From an uncultured Verrucomicrobiae bacterium (GTDB lineage Bacteria > Verrucomicrobiota > Verrucomicrobiia > Limisphaerales > JAFGQR01), in NCBI GenBank assembly GCA_963788655.1, contig CAWBHS010000114.1, positions 1 to 64,000 of the forward strand: a stretch of DNA of 64,000 nucleotides, written 5' to 3'. The translations under genes and the position numbers were made by a program. The notes under the pieces were generated by a model. It was not told where the DNA came from. It ran no database searches and was given only the letters and a program-made list of their open reading frames with translations. Below are positions 1 through 7,708 of the stretch, piece after piece. Numbering within the stretch: position 1 is the stretch's first letter; each line of letters opens with the position of its first letter.

Positions 1-1
1 C

Positions 2-325
2 GCAAAGACAGAAGCGCGCTTCATAGTATCAGAAGGGGGCACGGTCGTTCACGCCAGTCAGGCGGAAATGACAGCTTCTCTTGAAGGGGCAGGCTTCACA
101 GGAGTGCCTACACGAAGCCCGGGTATGGCGTATGACCTGCCGAATGGTGTTTCGGCGCGAGCGATGCAGCCATCAGGCCCGAACACATGGCGAACTTCCT
201 TTAACAATGCCTCTGGAACTCGCGTGACTCCAGAAGGTGTCGTTCCTCAGCCGCCACGCGGACTTACGCCTGCCGAACGAACTGAATGGCTGAACCAAAG
301 AACCCACATCACACAACGTCCATGA
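2..325 (+). CDS. Polymorphic toxin tip, cassette 1 (5'-partial; frame open from window edge: AKTEARFIVSEGG...RTHITQRP)
   Basis: Window begins with CGCAAAGACA (AKT), the junction seen in the other cassettes; stop overlaps next ATG (ATGA at 322-325). Confidence 0.7.
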   Translation, partial: AKTEARFIVSEGGTVVHASQAEMTASLEGAGFTGVPTRSPGMAYDLPNGVSARAMQPSGPNTWRTSFNNASGTRVTPEGVVPQPPRGLTPAERTEWLNQRTHITQRP

Positions 326-702
326 ACCCATTTTGGCTTAATCACATTGTATCCGCTTGTCCTCTCAAGATAGAACTCGTGGAGTGGCACGATCCGCAAC
401 TGACAATCGGCGGGGACGGTTGGGGCTTCAATGCCATCGTTCCGTGTTGTCTGTATGATTCGGAGAAAATGCTCACTGGCTCTGGAGATGAAAGCTTTGA
501 GAGATTCATCAAGGCCATAGCGGGAACTCAAATCGTTGGATGCTCCACGCGTGAAGGGTTCAAGGGCGATCCTTGCTTTTCCCTCTCGAACGGGCTGCGG
601 TTAGAGTTTTTCTCTACCTGCACACTTGAACCGTGGACAATGAAATTGCCCAAACCTCCAATTCTTGCTGCATCGCCGGGTGATCCAAAATGGATGACGT
701 GA
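322..702 (+). CDS. Putative immunity protein, cassette 1
   Basis: Small ORF translationally coupled (ATGA) to upstream toxin; MNPFWLNH...PKWMT. Confidence 0.65.
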   Translation: MNPFWLNHIVSACPLKIELVEWHDPQLTIGGDGWGFNAIVPCCLYDSEKMLTGSGDESFERFIKAIAGTQIVGCSTREGFKGDPCFSLSNGLRLEFFSTCTLEPWTMKLPKPPILAASPGDPKWMT

Positions 703-703
703 A

Positions 704-1123
704 ATGATTCAAATAATTTCCAGCCTGCTGGCGCTGCTCTTTTTTCTGAGCGGCCCGGCGATGAAGGGAAGTGACGAAATTTGGCATTCCCCTCTTGCCG
801 CAAAGACGACACCCAGCCTTGATGCGCTGTCCCAAGCTGCGGCTGCCGCTGACCGAGGAGGTTTTACGGCTGCCGGAAGGTCACTGACGAAACATGGTGC
901 TGGCGCAAGACCGGGAAACACATTATTCCCCGCAGCACAGGGCAATCCAGCCACAATCAATCAGGCAGCCCAAAATGTCGTAGATGACATTCTTACAACA
1001 CCCGGAAGCACACTTCAGAACAGCACTCGCGGACGATTTGGGCCTACGATTGAAATTACAGCCCCCGACGGACGCGGAATGGTTTACGACGCCAACGGGA
1101 AATTCCTCTTTTTCAAGGAGTGA
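704..1123 (+). CDS. Leader + polymorphic toxin tip, cassette 2 (probable nuclease/RNase)
   Basis: 35-codon hydrophobic leader ending LAAKT, then AGRSLTKHG...RFGPTIEITAPDGRG...F, resembling C-terminal tips of Rhs/CdiA-type toxins. Confidence 0.7.
   Translation: MIQIISSLLALLFFLSGPAMKGSDEIWHSPLAAKTTPSLDALSQAAAAADRGGFTAAGRSLTKHGAGARPGNTLFPAAQGNPATINQAAQNVVDDILTTPGSTLQNSTRGRFGPTIEITAPDGRGMVYDANGKFLFFKE
795..807 (+). repeat. Cassette junction motif TTGCCGCAAAGAC (copy B)
   Basis: Identical 13-mer at 795, 1444 and 7383; partial copy at 1-9. Confidence 0.9.
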
Positions 1124-1124
1124 C

Positions 1125-1346
1125 ATGAAAGACACACACCGAATCTGCATATCCAGTCCGCCCGACCGGGAAAAGCTCGTTGCCGAGATTTTTTTCGGCG
1201 ACACGCAATGGGCCGAGATCAATCAAGAGCGCGAGTCTTTGGAGGTGGAGTTTTATCCTCGTCCCGACGGCGAGCCGTGGCGAATTGATTATCAAGATGC
1301 ATTGAGCGCGTTGGACGAAGCGAAACGGAGGCTGATTGGAGAATGA
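1125..1346 (+). CDS. Putative immunity protein, cassette 2
   Basis: ATG 1 nt after toxin stop with AAGGAG upstream; small acidic protein (SPPDREKLVAEI...). Confidence 0.7.
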   Translation: MKDTHRICISSPPDREKLVAEIFFGDTQWAEINQERESLEVEFYPRPDGEPWRIDYQDALSALDEAKRRLIGE

Positions 1347-1352
1347 AATAGA

Positions 1353-1781
1353 ATGGCACACATTTTAGCATGTTTGCTGGTGCTGTTCTTTTCGTTGAGC
1401 AGCCCGGCAATGGGGAGGAACGCCGGTTTTTTGCACTCCTCTCTTGCCGCAAAGACAGCACCGACCATCGCAGGCGACGTAGCGGCTGCTGGAAGTAGAG
1501 GGCCAAACTTCATCGCGGCTGCGGATGGAAGCGTCTTTCCTGTTCCGAGAGGAGCAACAGGCCCGCTCCCGACCCGAGCTCCCGGAATGCAATTTACGGG
1601 CGGTTCTGGCGGATACGGACTTGACCCACGAGTGACGGGCGTCCGCTTCATGGATGCGAATGCGAATCAAGGAGCGCGGGCGGTTTACAACAACGGTTAT
1701 CAAACCGTGAATCCGTGGACAGGGCGCACAGTGCCGCCAAGTGACCCAGCAGCACATTTTTACTTCAATCCCAATCCGTGA
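1353..1781 (+). CDS. Leader + polymorphic toxin tip, cassette 3
   Basis: 35-codon leader aligning ungapped with the 704 leader, LAAKT junction, then variable domain ending VNPWTGRT...AHF. Confidence 0.7.
   Translation: MAHILACLLVLFFSLSSPAMGRNAGFLHSSLAAKTAPTIAGDVAAAGSRGPNFIAAADGSVFPVPRGATGPLPTRAPGMQFTGGSGGYGLDPRVTGVRFMDANANQGARAVYNNGYQTVNPWTGRTVPPSDPAAHFYFNPNP
1444..1456 (+). repeat. Cassette junction motif TTGCCGCAAAGAC (copy C)
   Basis: Exact repeat of 795-807. Confidence 0.9.
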
Positions 1782-1782
1782 T

Positions 1783-2145
1783 ATGAGAAAGCCTGTCACC
1801 GAAATTGATGAATTGATTGGAGAGGAAATTTCCACTGTCGCCTTTGTCTGCGATTATGTGGAATTCCATTTTTCTGGACCGATCCTTGCGGCCTTTACCA
1901 ATCCGCGCGTAGTTGTTGAGGGAATCGAGTATCGCTTTCCTGAACCGGGTTCGCGTGATGCGTTGTGCCGCGTCATCGGTTCGACAGTTCGCAGCGTAAA
2001 GTTAGAGGAGCACCGCGCGTTGGAGTTAATGACCAGCAACGACTGTCGTCTCATAATCCCACTCGACGCCGGAAATCTTCGGAGAGGGGAATCGGAAGCA
2101 ATGCACTTCGTCCCTGAAAAAAACGGGCCAATCCAAGTTTGGTAG
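1783..2145 (+). CDS. Putative immunity protein, cassette 3
   Basis: ATG 1 nt after toxin stop; MRKPVTEIDELIGEEISTVAFVCDYVEFHF... Confidence 0.7.
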   Translation: MRKPVTEIDELIGEEISTVAFVCDYVEFHFSGPILAAFTNPRVVVEGIEYRFPEPGSRDALCRVIGSTVRSVKLEEHRALELMTSNDCRLIIPLDAGNLRRGESEAMHFVPEKNGPIQVW

Positions 2146-2432
2146 CTCACCGAACGCTCGCAGCCCCGCGCTGTCAGGCCGGCTGCGAAAGCAAAGGCCA
2201 GCCGTCCTGCCGTCGCGGGCCTACTCGCAAAGACAACATCAGTCTGCCCGTGGCGTCGTCCGTCCCGGCACGCGGGCGGGACGAATTGCTTGATAATTGG
2301 AGTGTCCCGCCCGCGCGCCGTGCCGGCCGTCGTCACCGGCAGAACAATGACGACCGCTGACGCTGCCCGGAAATATCAGTTCGCTCCCGCTCAAAACTTC
2401 GGAACGAATGCGCGCAAGTGACGATGTGCTCC

Positions 2433-2768
2433 GTGGGGAAGCCAGGGGCGCGCCGGTCACTCGGCCTGCTTACGCGGAGTATATGCCGCACAATATCGTG
2501 ATAGCTTGAGTTGCCGCTCCCCTGCCGCAGGCGCAACCCAGGGGAGCGTCACCGTTGCGCGCGGCTCCGCAGAGCGTGTGGCCAAGCGTTCCGGCTACGG
2601 TGCTCAGGAGCGATTGAACTTTTAGATGGGTGCTCCTTGCGCGCCTGTGCCTTCACGCATGGCCACACCCTCTGCGCCGCCGTGCTCACTACTCAGAGCC
2701 ATCAGATATTGTGCGGCATATATCCGCTCCGCACGCCTCGCGCCCGTCACGCCCCCGGCTTTCCCCAC
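2433..2768. repeat. Nested imperfect inverted repeats (long rod-like fold-back), non-coding
   Basis: 2433-2450/2750-2768, 2474-2511/2691-2727 and 2569-2589/2655-2675 pair; perfect 10-bp side stem 2515-2524/2539-2548. Confidence 0.85.
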
Positions 2769-3245
2769 TTCGCAGTTTGAAAAGTCAGGCGCGGGAAAGG
2801 CGCGGCGCACGTCGCGGATTTTTCGCGCGTTACTTTCCGCGTGCAACGGCGCGGGTGGTTCGGGGCGAAGACGGCTTTTAGAGTGGCGAGTTTGAAACGT
2901 TCACGCTCGCAGTGAACTTGAACGCGCTCATTGCAATCGCGCGTCCTGGTCTTGCTTTGTAGGCGCTCTGGCTGCCGCGCCGGGCAGCGTGAAAATGCTG
3001 GGCGCATTTTCTTTCTTAGCTGCTGGTCCGGGAGCGATGGAACGTCGCGGGTAATCGGGCGTCGCACCCTGGCGGCAGTGCGAGTGGGCCTTGTGCGTTA
3101 CGCGCGCGCGTCGGAAACGCGCGTGTCGCTTCGCTCCACGGCGCGCCGCCACGCGCGCGCGAGGTTTGGGTGGGCGAAAGTTTTTGGAGCGCGCGTGGCG
3201 GAAGAAAAGCGGAAGCCGCTGGCGCGGCTAAAAGAAAAGCGGCCG

Positions 3246-3449
3246 TCAGGTGTTGCCGTTGGCCTGCTGCTTCACGAACGCTTCGACGAACTCGGCGACC
3301 TTCTCTTGCTGGCGACGCGGCAGTTTCGACGCGGACTCAAACACCAACTGCAAGCGGCCTTTGGCCGCCTGCTTCTTGGGCTTGGGTGGCGTGACACCCA
3401 GGAGCGCGTCCACGCTCACGCCGAGGACTGCGGCCATTTTCGGCAGCAC
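3246..3449 (-). pseudogene. C-terminal remnant of XRE-family HTH regulator
   Basis: LPKMAAVLGVSVDALLG is the last XRE helix motif; N-terminal HTH helices absent, frame runs into primase. Confidence 0.7.
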
Positions 3450-3457
3450 TTCGCCGC

Positions 3458-6013
3458 GTGGCGGCGGGCCGCGAGTTGAAGGCGCGGCTGCAAAAGCTCG
3501 GCGTGTTGCGCAAGGAAACCGGACACGAGCACTTGAACGGCTCGGTCGTGTTCCCGATCTGCGACCGCAACGGTTCGGTGGTTCAGCTTTACGGCCGCAA
3601 AATCACCGACGGCTTGCGCAAGGGCACGCCGCTGCACCTTTACCTGGAAGCGCCCAAGCGCGGCGTGTGGAACGCCGAAGCGGTGATGGCGGGCGGCGAA
3701 GTCATCCTGTGCGAAGCCATCCTCGATGCGTTGACGTTCTGGTGCGCGGGCTTTCGCAACGTGACGTGCAGCTTCGGCGCGGGCAGCGTGAACGAAGACC
3801 TGTGGGCGCTGCTGCACGACGCGCGTCCGCGCTGGCTCATCCTCGCCCAGGACAACGACCCGGCGGGCAACGACGCGGTGGCGAAGCTCGCGCCGCGACT
3901 TGCCGAACTCGGCATCGGCGTCAAGCGCGTGCAACTGCCCGCCGACGTGGACGTGAACGCTTACGCCTGCCAGAGCGCCGACGTCGCGAAGGCGCTGGCC
4001 GCGCTGCTGGAGCAGGCGCACGTCCTCGTTGCTCACGCAGTTGAGCCAGCGGCTAAAGAAAAAACTTCTGTCTCCGACGTGACGCCGGCGTTGCCACCGG
4101 AAACGGCCGTCGCGCCGCAGGCCCAGCCGCTTTCTCTTTTAGCTGCTTCGGTTCAGCCGCCGCCTGTGCCGGCGACGCCGGCCACGTCGCCAGGCAACGG
4201 CGCGCTGCATCCCGAACACAAAGGCGAGGACATCTTCTTTCACGTCGGCGACCGCGAGTATCGCGTGCGCGGGCTGGCCAAGAACACCAGCTTCGAGGCG
4301 TTGAAGGTCAATCTGCGCGTGAAGCTCGACGAGGAACGCCATCACCAGGACAACGTGGATTTGAACTCCGCCAAGAACCGCGAGGCGTTCCTCCGCGCCG
4401 CCGCGGCGGAGACGCACTTGAGCGAGGACATTTTGAAACGCGACCTCGCGCGGCTCTTGCTCAAGCTCGAAGAACTGCAGGAGGAAATCATCCGCCGCGC
4501 TCTCGAACCCAAAGGCCCGGTCGTGCCCGGCCTGACCGAGGAGGAACGCCGCGAAGCGCTGGCCTTTTTGCAAGCGCCCAACTTGCGCGCCTTGATCGTC
4601 GAGCACTTCCGCGCCTGCGGCGTGGTGGGCGAGGCGGACAAGATCGAAACCGGTTACTACGCCGCGCTCTCGCGCAAGTTCGACAAGCCGCTCGGGGTCA
4701 TCATCCAGAGCACCAGCGCGGCGGGCAAGACCACGCTCATGGAAGCGATCCTGGCCATGATGCCGCCGGAGGAAGTCGTCCAATACTCCGCCATGACCGG
4801 GCAGGCGCTCTTCTACCTGGGCGAAGCGGACATCCAGCACAAAATCCTCGCCATCGCCGAGGAGGAAGGCGCGGAGCGCGCCACCTATGCGCTGAAACTC
4901 TTGCAGAGCGAAGGCCGCCTGACCATCGCCAGCACCGGCAAGGACGCGACCACGGGCCGCTTGATTACCGAAACCTACCGCGTCGAAGGCCCGGCCATGA
5001 TCTTCTTCACGACCACGAGCATCGAGCTTGATGAAGAACTGGCCAACCGCTGCCTGACACTCACGGTGGACGAGTCGCGCGAGCAGACGCGCCGCATTCA
5101 CGAGCTCCAGCGCGAGGAGGAAACCATCGAAGGCCACCTGCGCAAAGCGCGCGCGGCGCAGTTGCGCAAACTCCACCAGAACGCGCAGCGCCTCTTGCAG
5201 ACGATCCCGGTGCATAATCCCTTTGCCCGCCAACTCACCTTCCCGGACGAGAGCACGCGCCTGCGGCGCGACCAGAAAAAATATCTCACCCTCATCCGCG
5301 CCATCGCGCTGCTGCACCAGCACCAGCGCCCGCGCCGGAAAGTGTGCGAGCCGCACGGGCAGGCAGGCGTGGAGCACGTCGAAGTCACGCTCGAGGACAT
5401 CGCCACGGCCAACCGGCTCGCGGGCGAAGTGCTCGGACGCAGCCTGGACGAAATGCCGCCGCAGACGCGGCGCTTCCTCGATCTGCTGCACGACCTGGTG
5501 ACGAAGCAGTGCCAGGCGCAGGAAATCCAGCCGCGCCATTACCGCTTCACGCAACGCCAGGCCCGCGCCTTCACCGGCTGGACGGCCTTCCAGGTCAAGA
5601 AGCACCTGGCCAAGCTGGTGGACCTCGAATACGTCCTGATCCATCGCGGCAGTCGCGGCCAGCAGTTCGTTTACGAACTGGTTTACAACGGGGAAGGCCG
5701 CGACGGCGCGAGCTTCCTGCCGGGATTGATCGACGTGGCGAAGTTGAAGGAGAACGCGGGCGACCCGCCCGCCGCTTCCAACTCGAAACTCGAAACTCAC
5801 AACTCGGAACTGCCTTACGATGGCAACCGGGAGCACCCAAACGGCGACCGGGAGCACCGTGGCAGCCCCGAGGGAGCACCCAGGTTGCAGGGTGGGAGCA
5901 CTGGAGAAAACGCGCCTTCGCCCAATGCGGACGCGGCTCAAACGCCTGTCGCGAAAAAGCAGCCCCGAAAATCGCGCCCCGGGAGCGATGACGCGGCCAA
6001 TCGTAAATCGTAA
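3458..6013 (+). CDS. Toprim-domain primase fused to P-loop NTPase, mobile-element type; lacks N-terminal zinc finger
   Basis: Toprim motifs CEAILDALTF and AQDNDPAG, Walker A STSAAGKTT; no CHC2 Cys/His cluster at N-terminus. Confidence 0.8.
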   Translation: MAAGRELKARLQKLGVLRKETGHEHLNGSVVFPICDRNGSVVQLYGRKITDGLRKGTPLHLYLEAPKRGVWNAEAVMAGGEVILCEAILDALTFWCAGFRNVTCSFGAGSVNEDLWALLHDARPRWLILAQDNDPAGNDAVAKLAPRLAELGIGVKRVQLPADVDVNAYACQSADVAKALAALLEQAHVLVAHAVEPAAKEKTSVSDVTPALPPETAVAPQAQPLSLLAASVQPPPVPATPATSPGNGALHPEHKGEDIFFHVGDREYRVRGLAKNTSFEALKVNLRVKLDEERHHQDNVDLNSAKNREAFLRAAAAETHLSEDILKRDLARLLLKLEELQEEIIRRALEPKGPVVPGLTEEERREALAFLQAPNLRALIVEHFRACGVVGEADKIETGYYAALSRKFDKPLGVIIQSTSAAGKTTLMEAILAMMPPEEVVQYSAMTGQALFYLGEADIQHKILAIAEEEGAERATYALKLLQSEGRLTIASTGKDATTGRLITETYRVEGPAMIFFTTTSIELDEELANRCLTLTVDESREQTRRIHELQREEETIEGHLRKARAAQLRKLHQNAQRLLQTIPVHNPFARQLTFPDESTRLRRDQKKYLTLIRAIALLHQHQRPRRKVCEPHGQAGVEHVEVTLEDIATANRLAGEVLGRSLDEMPPQTRRFLDLLHDLVTKQCQAQEIQPRHYRFTQRQARAFTGWTAFQVKKHLAKLVDLEYVLIHRGSRGQQFVYELVYNGEGRDGASFLPGLIDVAKLKENAGDPPAASNSKLETHNSELPYDGNREHPNGDREHRGSPEGAPRLQGGSTGENAPSPNADAAQTPVAKKQPRKSRPGSDDAANRKS

Positions 6014-6030
6014 ATCGTAAATCATAAATC
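5999..6030 (+). repeat. Heptamer tandem repeat (AATCGTA)x4.5
   Basis: AATCGTA AATCGTA AATCGTA AATCATA AATC between primase and recombinase. Confidence 0.9.
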
Positions 6031-6035
6031 GCGTC

Positions 6036-7073
6036 ATGCCGAAGAAAGGAACTCACTCGCCGCGCGCGCCCATCAGCGACCCGCGCGACCCGCATGGCTG
6101 GCACGCGCTCACCGAATCGTTCTGCGAATGGATGGCCGTGCGGAACTACTCGCCCAAGACCGTGGACAACCGCCGCACTTACTTGCGCTACTTCGTCCAG
6201 TGGGCGCTGGAGCGCGGACTGCATCAGCCGATGGAAATCACCAAGGCCATCCTGGAGCGTTACCAGCGCCATCTCTTTCACTACCGCAAGCGCGACGGCC
6301 TGCCGAGGTCGGCGCGCTCGATGCACGCGCGCCTCATCCCCGTGCGCGCCTTCTTCAAATGGGCCGCGCGCCAGAACCGCATCCTCTACAATCCGGCCAG
6401 CGAGATTGATCTGCCGCGCTCCGAGAAGCGGTTGCCCAAGCACGTCCTCAACGTCTCCGAAGTCGAAACCATTTTAGCCAGGTGCAACCTCGCCGACCCA
6501 CTCGGCATCCGCGACCGCGCCATGATTGAAACCTTTTACTCGACCGGCATGAGGCGCAGCGAACTGGCGAACCTGAAGGTGATGGACCTCGATTACGAAC
6601 GCGGCACAGTGATCGTCCGCCAGGGCAAAGGCCGCAAGGATCGGATGATCCCGATCGGCGAACGCGCGCTGGCCTGGATCAAGCGTTACCTCGATGAAGT
6701 CCGGCCCAGCCTGGTGCGCGAACCCGACGACGGCGTGTTGTTCCTCACCAATCTATTCGAGCCGTTCACGCCCAACCGCCTGACGCAGCTCGTGCGCGAC
6801 TACATTGACGCCGCCGAACTCGGCAAACGCGGCAGTTGCCACTTGCTGCGCCACACCTGCGCCACGCTGATGCTGGAGAACGGGGCGGACATCCGCTTCA
6901 TCCAGCAGTTGCTCGGACACGCCGAGTTGAGCACCACGCAGATTTACACCCAGGTCAGCATCCAGAAGTTGAAACAGGTTCACGCCGCCACCCATCCGGC
7001 TCGCCTTGAGCGCAACGGTGAAGCTGCTTCCCCGAAGTCAAAGCCGCCGGGCCAGGCTTCGCCCGCCCCGTAA
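6036..7073 (+). CDS. Site-specific tyrosine recombinase (XerC/XerD-like), intact
   Basis: Catalytic R (TGMRRSE), K (GKGRKDR), HxxR (HLLRH), H (LLGH), Y (TQIY); N-terminal SAM-like domain. Confidence 0.93.
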   Translation: MPKKGTHSPRAPISDPRDPHGWHALTESFCEWMAVRNYSPKTVDNRRTYLRYFVQWALERGLHQPMEITKAILERYQRHLFHYRKRDGLPRSARSMHARLIPVRAFFKWAARQNRILYNPASEIDLPRSEKRLPKHVLNVSEVETILARCNLADPLGIRDRAMIETFYSTGMRRSELANLKVMDLDYERGTVIVRQGKGRKDRMIPIGERALAWIKRYLDEVRPSLVREPDDGVLFLTNLFEPFTPNRLTQLVRDYIDAAELGKRGSCHLLRHTCATLMLENGADIRFIQQLLGHAELSTTQIYTQVSIQKLKQVHAATHPARLERNGEAASPKSKPPGQASPAP

Positions 7074-7168
7074 TCCGCGCTCGCGCCCTTCTTCTTTAGC
7101 TGCTTAACTTCAGCCGCTGACCAGGCGCGGCCTGGACGCAATGCGGCTTCGCCGCGTAGCTGCTGAAG

Positions 7169-7708
7169 ATGAACGCGACTAAAAGAAAAACGCTGCTCCC
7201 TGCCAGCCTTTCGGCTGCGTGGGGTTTGCTGCTTCTGGTCGTAGCGTGTGGCGGGCTGGAAACTCGCGTCTGGAGTTTTGCCGCCACGCCCCCAACTGCG
7301 TCGGATGAAATCACTTTCGCAACCCCTTCATTCATCGGGGAAATTTACGACGCGGTTGCCTATGATGCGTCCGACTCCCTTGTTGCCGCAAAGACAGCAG
7401 CGACCGAAGCTCGGGGTGGAACATACCTTTTGCGTGACCCGGTGAACGGTCAAGTCATGCGAACCGGACGTAGCAATGACCTGCTACGACGGGCAGGAGA
7501 ACACGGTCGTGATCCGGCTTTCCGTGACTTTCAGTTCGAGCCAGTTCATCGCACCGATGTTTATTCGCAACAGCGCGGGCTTGAGCAGTTGCTACACGAC
7601 ACACACAACCCGCCGCTGAACTTTCAACGGCCAATCAATCCGGCCAATCCGAACCGGCAAACGTATCTGGACGCGGCACAGCAGTTCTTGCAGGGAGGCA
7701 ACCCATGA
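7169..7708 (+). CDS. Leader + GIY-YIG/URI-like nuclease toxin tip, cassette 4
   Basis: Hydrophobic N-terminus, VAAKT junction, then GGTYLL...RTGRSNDLLRR.GEH...RGLEQ...LN (URI-fold pattern). Confidence 0.7.
   Translation: MNATKRKTLLPASLSAAWGLLLLVVACGGLETRVWSFAATPPTASDEITFATPSFIGEIYDAVAYDASDSLVAAKTAATEARGGTYLLRDPVNGQVMRTGRSNDLLRRAGEHGRDPAFRDFQFEPVHRTDVYSQQRGLEQLLHDTHNPPLNFQRPINPANPNRQTYLDAAQQFLQGGNP
7383..7395 (+). repeat. Cassette junction motif TTGCCGCAAAGAC (copy D)
   Basis: Exact repeat; similarity to copy C extends on both sides (ACTCC..T.TTGCCGCAAAGACAGCA.CGACC). Confidence 0.9.

Noticed and set aside
704..1457. Repeated leader/junction units as a CRISPR array
   Set aside because: Units are ~650-800 bp apart and separated by genes; no regular repeat-spacer period or cas genes
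2226..2235. CGCAAAGACA partial junction after cassette 3
   Set aside because: Only 10 nt, with no leader upstream or toxin-like ORF downstream; could be a degenerate site but is not supportable
2483..2510. Canonical dif site
   Set aside because: Only the left arm loosely matches; the XerD arm TTATGTTAAAT is absent
4139..6443. Long antisense ORFs (632 aa, 282 aa) opposite primase/recombinase, and many others opposite housekeeping genes
   Set aside because: Typical shadow ORFs of high-GC coding DNA with no recognisable motifs
6036..7073. Calling the recombinase chromosomal xerC/xerD or an integron integrase
   Set aside because: Context is a primase-linked element, and the IntI-specific insertion and canonical attC ends (RYYYAAC/GTTRRRY) were not seen
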